DNA of 64,000 nucleotides, taken from positions 682,001-746,000 of the forward strand of contig CM039010.1 in the NCBI GenBank assembly GCA_017499595.2, given 5' to 3'. Positions 14,676 through 29,048 of the stretch are shown here, one piece after another. The notes beneath the pieces are model-generated. The model ran no database searches. It saw only the letters and a program-made list of their open reading frames with translations, and had not been told where the DNA came from. The stretch is from Psilocybe cubensis. Its lineage: Eukaryota. The position numbers were made by a program, and so were the translations under genes. Each line of letters opens with the position of its first letter. The stretch's first letter is position 1.

Positions 14676-16408
14676 TCAGATTTTGGTTGCGGTCCAGAAA
14701 GCAGCGTGATAGACGTAACCAAGCAAACTTTTGGCATTGTTGGTATAGGTGGTGTCAATCGTGGTTTCATTCTGCAAAATAGTCAGCTACAGGGGTTTAT
14801 GCTGAATGTAATAATCCTCACGGAGATCTCAAAACCTATTTTCCGTGCAAGAGCCTTAACTTCCTCCATGTCTAATTCCACTGAGGGGTCGTTTGAGTTG
14901 TTGTTTTCCCAGTGCCATAGCAACGGCCCGACATTGATCCAGACGCCTCCTGGCGCCAAAATTTCGTGGAGAATGCGTAGATAGTTGACGATATTTTTGG
15001 CCTTGATTGTTTATTGTCAACATCCAGGAAAAGATATGTAGAAAGCTGAAACTGACAGTATCGATGAAGAAGCAAGTGAGTATTGCATTCCATTGTCCCT
15101 TTTGGTCTGGATTGGCGAAGATCTCTTCGAAATCGCCTGGGCAATACATGAGCTTGTGAAGGCCAAATTATGATGGTTTACCTACCAGCAACTAGCGAAA
15201 AGTCTGAACCGGCTGGCAGATCGGACGGCCGGACGTCTGGAATTGATATGGCTTGGAGTATCGACTCGCGGTTAGGAGCGTTGGAGAACGAGTGAACGTA
15301 TGGGTAAAAGGTGTGTTGTTTGACTTGGTCAGTCCTAATTCAGGTATTAGTTTTGCTTGTTATGGAATGAAAATAGCCTTTACTTGTTCAAGATGAAATA
15401 CGACGCCAGAAGCATGTAGTGAGAGAATTCGTTCGCCTGGCAGGCAAAGCCTGCACTAAACCGTTAGCGTGGGCACGTAAAGACGCTGAGAACGTACCCA
15501 TTTGAGCGACATCAAATGACAGACGCCCAAGGCCAGACCCGGGTACCAGCACTCTCAAATTGCGTCTAAAAGCGCCCAAATAAGCAAGGCATGTAGTAAT
15601 CGAGTTTCCACCTACCTTTCTTCTGGCGGAACTTTCGCAAAATGCTTCACGAGAGCGTCTTTGATCGGCTTATAACACACTTCCCGTTCCGACCTTCCCT
15701 GAAGCATGACTAGAGATGAGAAACCTTTAGCAACAGAATGCAGAACGCCACACCTCTTCACTCCAATCGCGCACGAGTTGTTTCAGAGTACTTCGCAATT
15801 TGTCCATGTCTGCTTCTGTCGGCCGGTATTTTCCTCTCGTGGGCCCACTATTGGAGTGCGAGTGTCCAGGTTGCGGCTGCGCGTGCGAGTGGGAGTGTGA
15901 ATGGGAGTGCGATGTTCCTGTCTTTCATGAATTAGAGAAATATCAGCGGACCGAGACGGGGCAACTCACCGGCATCATGACTATGCGAGTGAGGCGCAGG
16001 TTCGGAATGGTCCTCGTCGTCGTCTATTTCGTGGCCGAAGATCCTTGGATCATCTACCATTTGGTGCAGAAAGTCGGCATTGGCGATGATGGCTTTGTCG
16101 ACGGCCTCGAGTTTTTCCTTGTATCCCAAACCCTCCAAAAGGTCTTGATCGGCCTTGGGCAAGATATAGACGTCTTTCCTTCGACGGTTGTTTGCAGATA
16201 ACTAGAGAGATAGCTCGGCGATAAGAGAAATCCACAGATTAGATTATATACACGAGACGCTTACTGTGAATTGGGCATAGTTATTGAATGTGCTGATCAC
16301 ATTGGCGAAATGCCTTTGCTCTGAAAAGCCGATTGGGGTTAGTGATGGCCTGAATGTCGAGGATCGATAAGACACACCTTCCTCGATGTCTTCTATACTT
16401 GGATCCAT
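14676..16408 (-). CDS. Carnosine N-methyltransferase (N2227-like SAM methyltransferase)
   Basis: MDPSIEDIEEEQRHFANVISTF, KLRSTLKQLVRDWSEEG, VLVPGSGLGRL, TCFFIDTAKNI and GGVWINVGPLLWH. Ends AFWTATKI*. Confidence 0.9.
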
Positions 16409-17238
16409 GTCTCCTCCCAGTATTCGTCCGGCGATAATTATTGTAGACGGTGAGAAAGAGCAATACCAATACGACTTAACCGACGAAGATATAATCAGAA
16501 AGAAAGAGTCTTGAGAAGTTGCATTCAACTTACCCCAAGGCGGTCACAAACAACACGCAAACACGGTGACGGGAACTCGTAATTCGCTGTATTGATTCAC
16601 TTCCGCATCACATTCAATGGACGTAGTAATCTAGCTTGTTACGGAATCTAAAACGGAGTACTGTTAGTGACGTATTCGTCGAAATCTTAAATGACTGGAA
16701 ATTTGTTGATGCAACGCTGCTGGTGTGACTTTAGTCCTGGCCTCAGGTAGATCGTAACTCGCATTTTATAGGATAATTCGTCAAACCGGGAAATAATGGG
16801 AAATAAGGAGGTTTATAAAACTTGTGTAGCTGCCTCCCGAGTCCCTAGCATTGGAAATGCTGTTGAATGCATAACGTCCATCAGCCTCAGTGGCCCTTGA
16901 ACTCCTGTTCGGCATCGGTTATTTCAAGTTCTGAATTTTTTAGAGGTAGAATTGCTGATAAGGATACAAATACAGAAAGTGTAGCTCTGGCAGACAAAGA
17001 CCGTCGTTCTTGAAGTTGAATTGAGTTGACTCCTCAAGGAAGCTCAAGACGGTGCGTCTTGAAGCTTGGACACGCGTCGGCACGCTGCCGACGCGCGGGT
17101 TGTGATGTTTGGTTATGCTTGGCTAGTGCTTTGAGGTGTTCTATTGGGTTTGCATATTGGTCCACAACTATACCTCTCTACCACTCCCAAAGCTCTCAGA
17201 CGTGCCTACAAACTATCTGTTGCTTCAAACTATAAACA

Positions 17239-18454
17239 ATGGTATGTATCAATTTGAACTTTTTTTGGTTGCAGACTTTGATTCATGTGTACCAGGCTCG
17301 TAATGAGGAGAAAGCACAATCAATGTTGTACCGGTTCAGAGAGGCTCAGGCAGCCGAGTTGGGTCTCGGTACAAGAGCAGACCGGAGGCCTCGTATGGCT
17401 AGCGCGTGCAAGAGCTTAAGGGACTGTGAGCGCTGGAGAGGAGAAATTCTGCGGGAGATCAGCAGGAAAGTATCAAAGATTCAGGATGGTGTGTGTCACA
17501 ACCTTCGCTTCGTTAAAAGCTCGAGCTAACCATTGTATTGAACGAAATCATCAATACAGCTGGCCTGACGGACTACGAAGTCCGTGATTTGAACGATGAG
17601 ATCAACAAGCTCATGCGAGAAAAACGGCATTGGGAGAACCAAATTGTCGCGTTGGGTGGTGCAAATTATCGACGAAATGTAGCCATGTTAGATGACGATG
17701 GAAAGGAAGTGCCCGGTACAAAGGGATATAAGTGCGTTGTGTCATATCTGTCCCTTGTCTCTCGGTTATAAACGTGATTCTAGATACTTTGGACGCGCCA
17801 AAGACTTGCCTGGTGTTCGTGAATTGTTCCAAAGTCGCAAAAATGAAGAGGAGGAGGAAAACCAAGCCCTCGCTTTCTACAAGAAGTTCATGAATCAGGG
17901 GCCGGCCTATTATGGCGACCTTGATGAAGAAGATGGAAAGCTGCTGGAGTACGAACGGAAAGCCGAGGAGGAAGGTACGCCTCATCTTCGCTAATTCAGT
18001 CAAGCATCACATAGCTCATCATAGCATCATGTTAGACTGGGAAGAAGCATTCCTCGATCTTCGCGAAATACTTGATCTTCCATCTGACACACCAACACCT
18101 AAAATTCCACGTCCAGACGCGGCAACACATGCTACTTCATCTGACTCTCAAAATCAATCCGCAGCGTCATCGAAAAGAAAAGCTGCGTCTGAGGATGTCG
18201 ATATGGACACAAGTGGCGATGATACCAAGAAAGTCAAGACTGTCGTTGCTGCAAAGGGTACCCCTGCTGTTGAACCCTCATCTGCCGCCGAGATGTCACG
18301 GATGCACGCCCAAGCCGCGGCGGCATATATACCGTTCCTCGACGTCGAGCACCTACTTCCTCCCAAACTGCCGACGCACAGTGAAATGGAAGGCGTCCTA
18401 TTGACTTTACGCAAGAAAGCCCTTGTTGACGAATATTTCGGCGATGCTTCATAA
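17239..18454 (+). CDS. ISY1: Pre-mRNA splicing factor Isy1
   Basis: ATG-only first coding exon, then ARNEEKAQSMLYRFRE...WRGEILREISRKVSKIQD...RDLNDEINKLMREKRHWE...YFGRAKDLPGVRELF. Confidence 0.95.
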
Positions 18455-21400
18455 TTTTTATGTATTTTTGTTTTCGATTGTACGAAACCCGACTTGTTGT
18501 GATTCTGATGCTGACATCGTTCCTACGTATAGTATATCCATCACATGGCTTGGAAGTACTCTCAAGCCGGCCAGGAGGTCGCTATACTGCATACACCAAA
18601 TCTGTGGTCAATTCACATGTACGGGCCGGCTGAGAGACGTGTGGACCAAAAGGGTTTTGAAGACACCTCCTTTACTGTGCAAAACAGAAAGACGATAGCT
18701 ACGTCCAACCTGTGATCTGATCTATTGCCAGGATTTTTTTGAATCATGCTCCAAAAGACTTTGTGCTTCTGTACTTCAGAAAGCAGATCGTCTAGGAAAA
18801 ATACATTGGTGGCCCAACGCGATATTTGGTAGTTGCAGGAGCAATTTCTCACTGAACTTCACATCTATTCGGTTAATCGCAGTACCCCGTTCAACATCAT
18901 ATGGTGCCGAATGTGACACATGATGTTTGACGGTGGGAGGCATACATAGCCTTTTGAGATTTTGAAGATCGTAAGGTTGGGGGTTCCAATCTAAAAGAGA
19001 TGGACAAGAGATTGAGGTCGGATTGTAAGTTAATCTCTTCAGGAAGGGAGGCAATCCTTACTTCAACTCATCGCATGCGACGATGGCGTGAGTTAAGGTA
19101 TTGAGTTTTTGCCAGAGATCATCAGTGCGCTTTCCATCTTCGAACACATCCACGATAATTAAACCGTCTGATATATTGTCCACACACTGGGAATATGTCG
19201 GAAAGGCACGCTCGTTGAAGAAGTCAACGAATGCCTGAGTAGGCTGTACACAGTCAATATCATTCTACCGCCAAAATATCCGTTTATCTCGAACTCCTGC
19301 CAGACACCGTTGCCATTCGCGAGATGAGTATATAGACCTGGAGCGGGTGAAAAATAAGCCAAAGATATTGTGAAGCATGGGGAGCACTGGGAAGTGGGAA
19401 GCAACCGAATACGGCCTGAAATCGCGTCGACAAGGTACTCATGAGTCAAGGAGAAACTTTACATAGTGAATGGCAGCGTAATTAAATAAGAAAAATCAAT
19501 TGAAGCTACTCACAAGCCTACATAGCGGTGATCAAATTATTCGGAGTCCGTCTTTTGTCCGTCTCCAATTCATAAGTTCAACCTTGTCGGAAACCACCTA
19601 AAACATGCTTTGACGACAAATTGAACCATTTTAAAACACCGGCGGAAAAGCTCGTCTCTGACGTGTATTTGGCCAGATTTCAATAGAAGTGAGTTCACCG
19701 TATTACCCCCAAACCTTGACCAGTGACCTGTGTTTGCTTTAACAGTCTTGAACGACAAGTTTGCAGTTTTGTGGCGACTCTATTTTCGCTCATCACATGT
19801 GTCCGAACTCTTTAAACTCAGAAGGAATAGATGTCTGCCCCTGCCTGTGAGACGACTTTTTGTTCGGAACAATACCATAATCTGGGTACTTGGCTGATAA
19901 ACCGTCTTCTAGATCTCTTTCACGAGTGGGGATATGGCTTCGTTGTGTAACATCTGACCATTTTACTCGCGTTTGGCATGATTTGGGGCGCTGATACTAT
20001 AGGCAAGCCCACCCACCATCCAAAACGTATCATCCACTCGGATAAAGAAGTTTCTCAAATGTCTCTTCTCTGATCTGTGGGCCTATACCATATACCTCAT
20101 CTTACGTCGAAGAAGCCAAATGTCCACAGAAAGAGAGGTTCGAGTCAGTATCGAGGCACTGGAAACCAAAGAGACCAAAGAACGAGCGGCAAGGCAATGT
20201 GCTAGCAATGTCGAGTTTCATCGCTACATCTAACGCAGGAGCTACACCTTCCACACTTGGCAGACCATGATAACCATTCTGGGCGTACTTCGAAGACTGT
20301 CTTTTTACCTCTCAAGGGCGATCATGTATCTCTTACCGGCTCTGAAATAGCAATTTTGTCTTCGAATGGCTCCTGAATGGCGACAGAGAACCTTCTCTAG
20401 TCCCGTATGATTCGGAGATTTTGGACATGCACATGACGGAGGCTATCTCAAGGCAATCATGACTTTCTTTCTCAAACATATGCAGACGACTTTTCAGTAT
20501 CATACAGGATGAAGTTTTCGGCGATATTTTGTACCCAGGAGGCCGTTGTTTCAGAGACGTAGATTTTGCTTGATTTCAAGTTCATGCACCATGGTCGCGC
20601 GGCGCCGCTCTACTTTAGCCTTCGATCTTAGGATCAGCGTCAAACCTTCAAACTATGGGAAACACATACAGGTTAGTGTCAATAAATTGAATTCCCGAGA
20701 TTCCCGGATACCATGACGGAAATTCTTCTCCAAATCGTGTCTCTCTTCCCTCCTAGGAAACTGTGGTGCGTTGTGCAGTCTTGATGATTTCGAGAATTTA
20801 TCTGTGCTCCACGGCTTTTGTATACCTATTTTCTGCAGAACTTTACGGTACATGAATTACCTGCTTAGTATATGCGAGTTGTTGACATTTTATGCACAGG
20901 AAAACAACACTTGTGAACCGAGATCTGACGATCTCTCATCGAATTTGTGATAAATTACCCAACCATTCCGTGTTTGTGCTGTGGACACTTATAACTTTTA
21001 GCTTTCAAGGATTGAATAATAATCACACTCTAGGGTACCCTGATCTTATCCTTTGCTATTCGTATTCTGGCCCAGAAACGAGAAAAAATCAAAAGTCTTG
21101 GCTGTGATACCGATCCTAAATTGTGTAGCTACTTTGGGGTGCATCTTGCTCTCACTGTATACTTGAGTGAGTCCTGTCCGTTCGGATAGACTAATACCCA
21201 CTCTCAGGAGGCTCTCATCGTCGAGAACTATCAAATGTCCGCCGATCGAATGGTTTCAATTCAAACCAGATCTCACAAGTAACAGTCGAAGCGGAGGATG
21301 CTGTACATAGTCACTTCTTTTCCTGGCAGAAAAGATGATCTCCTACCTCTTCACGCACACGTGGATCGGTAGCAACACTTTATAACTGGAGGTCATCCCA

Positions 21401-21456
21401 ACTCGAATGGATATTCTTCTCTGCTCTCCCTTCTGTACTCGAATTACTACACGACC

Positions 21457-22907
21457 ATGGGCTACACGACCGATGAAGCGACTTTGATCCCCTCTTATAG
21501 GATGTCGACATCGACTCCACCCAAAACAATGCCCTTGGATCTGGTTCCATCACCACTCAGACCTTACCTGGAGCTTATCAGGCTCGAGAAGGTTGGACTA
21601 GTACTCCCTAACCGTTCATTACCGTCCTAATATGCTCCCTTCCGCAACAGCCTACTGGGACTATTCTCATGTTTTGGCCTTTTGGTGAGTAATCAAGTAC
21701 TATGTCAAGTCTGGCACTTATTCCGGGCCCGGACCTAGCTTGGGGTCTCACCATGGCCGCGTTCAATGTACATCTCCCTGTCAAAACTTATGGGATTGAA
21801 CTTTTTAAATGCTTAACCGGGGCATTTATATTGAGAAGCTCTGCTTGTACGGTAAACGATATCTTTGATCGCCATGTTGACGCGGGAGTAGGTAAGTACG
21901 CCTAATCCAATCGCTATACTATAAAATCTAAAAGTTTGATTCCTGCTAAGAACGCACAAGGAATAGGCCAATTCCAGGTGGCCGCATATCGGTTCTTGCG
22001 GCTACAGTCTTCTTATTCTTTCAATACATCGTCGGCATTGCATTTTTCTACTGCACCGTTAAGCATACGGCGTGAGTACTTATATATTTCCAGGGTTGCC
22101 CACTCTGACTTGATGATACTTCTGAAAGCCTTTGGGTTGCCCTTTTTCAATTATTACCGTTGTATGAATGTGTTCCAACGTTCTGAATGCGCTTTCTGAT
22201 CGACGGCATAGATTTATGGTCTACCCTATGCTTAAACGTTATACACACTGGCCTCAAGCTTGGCTAGGCTTCGCCATGAATTTTGGATTTATTACAGCAT
22301 GGATATCGACTACCAAAAGTATTGATACTATACTTCTCCTGACATCTATTATGGCATGTTGGTGGTGAGCCTCTTATTTTTTTATAAGAAAAGTGGCGGT
22401 TCCTCAATTGTGTTCTCACCTTTCAGTTGGACAATGTTATATGGTGCGTAGCAACAAAAACAAATATAGACGCTAGAGCCAATAAGAATAAATCAGACAC
22501 GGTATATGCATGCCAAGACCTGAAAGACGACCTGAAGATGGGCGTTCGCTCAACTGCCATTTTGTTTGGCGACTGGATACGACCTCTTCTAGTTTGTTGT
22601 GGCCTAGGCTTCTTGTCACTGTTGACTTTTGCGGGCTGGCTGAACCACCAAGGCCATGCGTACTTTATTGTTTCAATAGGAGGAGCAAGCCTACATCTTA
22701 TCTGGCAGTACATGACCGTATGTCTGGATGATCCTAATAGTTGCTGGTGTGAGTGTTAGATCCAAATTTTTTGAGGGTTTATTGCGGAGCTAACGCAGAT
22801 GTAATGCACCAGTGAATTTTAATCGAAATGGACAACTTGGATGGATCATTTGGGCAGGCTTAATAATCGATTATTTGCAATTATCGATGTCAATACACAT
22901 CATGTAG
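21457..22907 (+). CDS. UbiA-family prenyltransferase (4-hydroxybenzoate polyprenyltransferase/COQ2-like)
   Basis: PYLELIRLEKPTGTILMFWP, RSSACTVNDIFDRHVDAGVERTRNRP, YPMLKRYTHWPQAWLG and YDTVYACQDLKDDLKMGVRSTAILFG. Many short exons. Confidence 0.9.
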
Positions 22908-23201
22908 TAATTAATTTTTAAATTGCCCACTGGTCCCAGTGTTAAAACGAACAGTTTGGTGTCAAAGGACTCTGAAGTGCTGGGTTCAACAACTTACCAA
23001 TCGTGGAAAAGTTCCGACTGAAACTCGGTAGACACTTTAAGCCTGAAGCTAGCAGTATTCCGTGTTGATATAAAACTTGAGACGTTTTGATAATTACATA
23101 GTAGACGCGCATTATGGGCTGTGCAAGAAGGCATGACTAAGAGCATAGGCCAGGCCGGAAAGCTGTCACGCCGTAAATGTAACGCACTTCCGTACACATA
23201 A

Positions 23202-23285
23202 GGGCTCTTGGCACAGATGGTAGCGCGCACGCTTCGCATTGTATGCAATTGCGTGAGGTCGTGGGTTCAATTCCCACAGTGTCCA
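23202..23285 (+). tRNA. tRNA-Ala(CGC) with an 11-nt intron
   Basis: Acceptor GGGCTCT/AGTGTCC with G3:U70 and discriminator A. Anticodon stem CACGC/GCGTG, anticodon CGC at 23235-23237, intron 23239-23249. T-arm GTGGGTTCAATTCCCAC, followed by a T-run. Confidence 0.92.
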
Positions 23286-24179
23286 TTGTTTTTATGTTTC
23301 TTGTCGAGGCTAAACAACTCGAGATCAATTAATTTTTTTTAACAACCCAAACTTACCCCCTTTATTGACGCTGAGTATGTAGGAGAGACAAACATGAAAA
23401 TCTAATTTTGTAGGGCTCTACAATGATCTCGTAATTTATTGAGTCTGCAGTGCTAGGGGTTGATCTGGACTCATCCACAAAGCCAAAACACGTGTTCCCT
23501 GTAGTGAGTCCACTACGCACAGACCAACTAGTGCTACTGACAACTCTTCCAGTACTTACATGAGGCATAGTTGACGCTATCCACTGTTCTGGCAACAGTC
23601 TTTTTTCTTAATGATACCTCAGTCCCCCAGCAATTCTCTTCTGTACTGAATCCGAATTTGCCACTCTTTCTGACGAGCCTCAAAATTTTGCAAGGAGCTC
23701 GAAAACATTAAGCAGAAAACGCGTTTGTTCGGCTTCGTGTGGAAAAGGTCGACCGTTTGCATCGCCGTGAGATGCAATACAGCATCGTGTGTGAGTCTAT
23801 CTCACGCCCGTGAGACTAGGTTTCACGCCTGTGACATTGATTTCACCGAGATTTCACTCCTTGGGTTTCGATGGAGGTATAATATTTTCTAGTTCGATGT
23901 TGTGGATTCCAAGCTAATTCCTCTTCACCACAAATACTTGAAGGAAACGCAAGTCTACAGGACAAGGAAGATATTTCTCGATCATATTTCTTAGGTCATG
24001 CTAGCCACAACCTTGTAAAATATCGATCGACGCAACCGACGCCGTATGTAAATGATCATCAGTAGGTTCATTTTACCCAGTGTTTCTAACTTATACTATA
24101 CCGCAGCCCTCACGGTTAGTACACCCAACTTCTTTGTTAATTTAATATCGTACAATTTACAATTCAACTATACTACATA

Positions 24180-26015
24180 TTACTCCTCTTCAAACCACGG
24201 CTCTATCAGATCGATATCGATATTATAGTCGACACTCCGATCGCATTCATCTTTAAAAGATTTGTAATATACCTCTCGTAAATTGAGAATTAGGCGAGGG
24301 CCAGCGATTGCAGGCCAGGCGGCAGTGATGGTATACGTGATTTGTATAGCTAGCATCTTCATTGCGTGTTGTTAATCAGCCCAGTTTTCACATACAGGCA
24401 AATGCGAAAGAAGACTTACGGGCAACGATGCCATCGCAACGATAGACGCGATAAGAAACGTCACCGTACTATCAGAAAATATATATGAATAAATGCAATC
24501 ACAAACAAAGAGACCGAGATAAAAGGCTCACAAGAAAGGGAAAACAATGCTGTCGCGAAACAGTATGGTTCCCAATGAGTGCGGAGGCTGGAGTTTACAT
24601 TTTGGAACGCTCTTTTGCAAGCGATAATAGTGTAGCCCGCGGTACAGAGACAGCGTAAACAAAAGGGATTCAAACAAGACAATAATTATAGGTGCAACAA
24701 AGATAAAGTTCCTCTTCGGAACGCGCAGACATATGTGAATACCGGGAGATGGGTCGGGCATAGCTAAGGTTAACAGATACGTTCAAAATCTTCGCATGGA
24801 GGAAGTTTTGCAATGCAGGGGCTTACTGTAGGCTAAAACATCAGTGGAAATGAACATCGTAAGCGCGGATACGATCTCCACTGCGAATCCAGAAATGAGG
24901 AGAATGATTATCTTGCGCTTATGACTGTACATGCTAGAGATCCGATACATCATAATCCCTTGAGTATAAACGGAGCATTAATGGGCAGGTGCTGGCAACT
25001 GGTATTGAAAAAGAACTCACCGTGCATGCAAAATAATGGAATAATCATCGCATAGCCTTGTATTCGAAGAAAAAGCTGATAGTCGTGGCCTACAGTATTC
25101 CTGTGAAAAACAAGAAAATGTGTTTGTGGGAGAACAACATACAGCTGAAGAGAGAAGGGAGGTTAGAGGTCAGAAAGTCAGAAACAACTAGCAAATATGT
25201 AAAAGCTCGCTCACCTCTGTTTGATCAACAAAGAAACCCCAGATTACGTACTGAACGTCAACATCGACTTGTAATATTCGGACAAAGGTTGATTGTACCT
25301 TGTTAACGCTGTAGAATGAATACCCCATGATGGCTTTTGGATGATTAATCATATTTGTGCAGGAATGAAAACGAGTCGCGTACCATATCCATAGCTGAGT
25401 GCCCTTGGAATTCGTTTTCTGCCTTCAGCTAAGAGCGGCAATACATTGATTGAGACGATCTTACAGTTGACCAGCAACCGCCACGTATCGAGTCTGTCCC
25501 ATAATGAATGTCATGTAAATAGTTTCATCCACGCAAATTGCCACAACATACCATGAAAAAGAGGATTTTGACAAGATTCCATCCTCCGGGGTGTTTCTAG
25601 TACAAGAAACGAACGTTGGAGTGAATGTGCAAGGACAGAATAAGAGGCGTGCACACCCATATCATTTCAACCTGTATGAACAAGGTTATGAAACGTCATA
25701 CCAACTCGCCAGTCACTCAGCGACTGAAAGCTACGCACTTCGTCGGATAATGTTGTTACTGCACCATTACGGAATCAGTTCTAAAGCCCAGTCCACTCGA
25801 TAGATAGATATTCAACGCACAGTGATCATAGACGAGACAACATGCTGTGGCCACTGCATAGAACAGAAAAGAGAGTCAACAACTTATCCCCGGGTTTATA
25901 TCGCTCGCTATAATGCATCACCTGTAAAATACGCCTGGGTGCGATTTGTCAACAACACATTTACGACTGTCGGATGCTTCGTCAACGTCGAGAGCACGAC
26001 ACCGAGCTTGGCCAT
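24180..26015 (-). CDS. DUF6533-type basidiomycete multi-pass membrane protein
   Basis: Spliced reading ATACCLVYDH-LTTLSDE-VEMIW...WNLVKILFFMTRYV, later LGTILFRDSIVFP and IAGPRLILNLRE. Many micro-exons, so the exact structure is uncertain. Confidence 0.65.
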
Positions 26016-27008
26016 AGCGCGACGCAAGCTGTGTCGGACTGACGGTGGTTGTGTGGTGGGAGAAGTCGAGAGAGACAACCAAACCCGAGGCTCTCTTTGC
26101 GACACCTTTCCCCACGTTTAGCCGCTTGCGAGCGGGGTGAACCCTATGGGTTCGGCCAATGTTTCGCGTTTCAAGAGTGCCTGAACGGTTCCGGGGAAAG
26201 CAATTGAGCATGTCAGGCAAGTTGTCAAGGGTCTGCTTGGGTGACGCTCATGCATTACGAACAAACTGGCGAGTAAGCTTACGGCGCGTCGAAAAGTCTG
26301 CCACACTGTCGGAGCCCTGATCCTCTTGTTCCACATGCTGAATTAATAACGCGCGGCAAGCGAGGCGAGAAACCGGATTCTGACGCAACATCAAGTAGTA
26401 AACGTTGTCAGGGTTAATAACATAGCAGCGCCTCGTTCAAGTTGAAAATCTCCAGGTGAGGGAATGTGTTACGATTGCCATTGCCAATACTGAGTAACCG
26501 GAGCCGGCGACAAAGTCGCAATATTGATTAAAACTCCGCTTGAACGTCGCAGTTAAGATTTGGGAGTAACGTTCATCCGGTGTCATACTAAAGACGACCT
26601 CGGCCGCTCGTGTGAATACAAAAGTATGTCATGCAGCAGCTAACATATCCATGGGCTCCTGATTGGAGGTGTGTCTTTGGTACTTACGACTCGAGACCGT
26701 ACAAGTCAAGCCTCCAAAAGCAATGCCAAATATTGATCGCCGCATTGTGCCGACTCCCATCATGACTTCGCTTCGATCTCAGAACTTCATAATCGTCCAC
26801 TCTGATCACGACCTCCCCTGTTTATTTTCTAGGACAGGGTTACGAGCGCTAGTGATTCTCAATCACATTGTAACTCTTAAAATTTTGCATTCGCATCCGC
26901 TGGGTTATAACAACATTTTCGGCATCCACTGAATTCGAACTAAATTCTGTAATATTACAGGCCTCGTCTCGACCGACCAGCAAAGTTTCACTCAGATTAA
27001 GTGGTTAT

Positions 27009-27372
27009 TTATTGACAGAAGTACCCAACATGGCTAATTTCATTCTAAAATCAAACGTCAGGTTCAACACTTGCAAAAAAACTGTTACGATGGATAACAT
27101 ACAATGCCCCCGCAGCATGTAGAGATCTTTCCGAAAAGCGAGCAATCCGAATTACCGGAAATGCAGTCAACTTTACGAGGGATAAATTAGCGCCCAGTGA
27201 GGGTATTTGCATTAATAAATGGATACTCACTTCCGGTCAACCCAGAAGGATTGGCGGTCTGGACAACGACATTACAACACGCGGGCTGGCACGATTCCGG
27301 GGCCGCAGCCACAAACGCAGAGAAGAACGGGAGAGCAGCGAGAGCGAGAGCGACGGAGGACGTAAACTTCAT
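27009..27372 (-). CDS. Small secreted 8-Cys hydrophobin-like protein, copy 1
   Basis: Three exons: MKFTSSVALALAALPFFSAFVAAAPESCQPACCNVVVQTANPSGLTGIDCISGNSDCSLFGKISTCCGGINEISHVGYFCQ*. Confidence 0.8.
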
Positions 27373-29048
27373 CTTGGGTGGGTAGGCTTGCTGAGGACTG
27401 AGTGTTCAAACTGGATTTTATACCTCGACCACCACTTCTATTTCCTATCCGGATCCGATTACTATTCATTCTACGACACCTGTCTTCGGTTGTGTTAGTG
27501 TGGAAAGCACTTGATATACTGACTGATCCTCCAAGCTCAAAGATCAAAGCTCAAAGGTCAGGGATCCTGAGCCTGAACTATGGATTTTGTATCCTTGGCA
27601 AGCATGTACTGACTCGTTTCTCAGTGCGCACCAAAGACTCTTCACCTCTCCAAGTACTTTTAAAGAAAACAAAGTCAAAGTCTTATTCGGATTCCAGAAC
27701 AATTTTTAGTATCAAAATTGAGTTGACCACACCTGTGCGCTAGAACATTTCAATCACACAAGCTTGAATGGCTCGCAGGCCGGAACCGACTTCAGGTATG
27801 CTATTCATTATGCTGGTAGTCATCAGGTACGCATGCTTTTTTCTGATGATCGAGTTAGTCTGCGTCCTCGTTCCGAAGTGACATCGCACCATTTTACCAC
27901 TTGCCTTCCACCTCCATTACTGCTTTCAAGCACCATGCGCCTGACACAGATCTCATAACTAAGCTGGAATTTTGTTTTAAAATCCTATCCACGTTTAAGT
28001 ATTCTTAGAACCTTCGACGATAGACGCACATCAATAGCATGAGTGCATAATATTATTGACACCACGAAGTTGAGCACCCTCTGTACCGAAATACATGGCC
28101 AAGTTACTCCAGTTTATATATTTGCCTACTACGCTCTTATAGTGTTTTTGCTTTCGTCGATTTGCCTCTACGCCCTCGGATGGCCCTCACGTACATTCTC
28201 CAGGGCCAGCCTCTCCACACTATGTGAGGTGACATCTCCAGCTTGAGACTAGGCTTTCCCTCCTGCCTCGAACCTCTCGCATTGACTCGTTTGTTTGTAT
28301 GTTGTAAGGTTTCCCGCGTTATGTGTCGTCATCTTCCTCCAGTACTCTCTTTACTATGTCCTCTTTGTACGTTGGTACTCACTTTGTTTTTGCGATATAT
28401 TGCAGTAATGCTTTTAAGTGATCACTCTTCGTCGTGAGTTCTTCCAGGTTTAGGCTACGCTTGCCTATCTCGTTCTTGTCGCTGGTGCCAATATCCTTTG
28501 CATTCAAATACAAAGTGTTTTACGGTCTCTACCGCTGTCTGTCTATTAATGCTCATTATTTTCCATATGCAACAATTATGTCTACCAGGATGTTATCGTC
28601 ATCAACATCATTATTTCTATCGTTCTGAACATCCTCCACACTTCCATGGTTGCCTACGCCGTTGACCTCTCCAAAATCTAAGCCTACTGGCTGTCTTTTT
28701 AGTCTCACAGGGGAGGTCAAATTGGACTATCCTTTAAAGTTTTCAAACCTCCAACTGCGATTACTTTCTGAGGCTATTTAGAAATTTCCCACGCCTCTGA
28801 TGGCCAGAATCGTGTCCACTCTGACCTGAGTAACGCACCAAAAATGAGAAATGTAATTGAGAGCAACGAATTCAACGAAATGGATACAATATTGCGAAGT
28901 AATAAGGCTACATGAGTGCGTGCAGAACAAATGAAGAGGGCTACCAAAACGCTCGCGTCTCGAATGACCCTCCCGGGTATCGAAAGGGAGAGAGATGTGA
29001 ATCCGAATACGAAGGGGTTAAGTTAAGCGATAGCGGTTGATAATTTCT

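Noticed and set aside
17239-17295. ATG-only first exons in ISY1 and RPL31
   Set aside because: A common architecture in fungal genes.
18700-20600. Possible decayed gene on the minus strand
   Set aside because: Only short protein-like fragments with many stops in all frames; no recognisable family.
21457-22907. UbiA prenyltransferase as the core of a secondary-metabolite cluster
   Set aside because: No neighbouring PKS, terpene synthase, P450 or other tailoring genes in the window.
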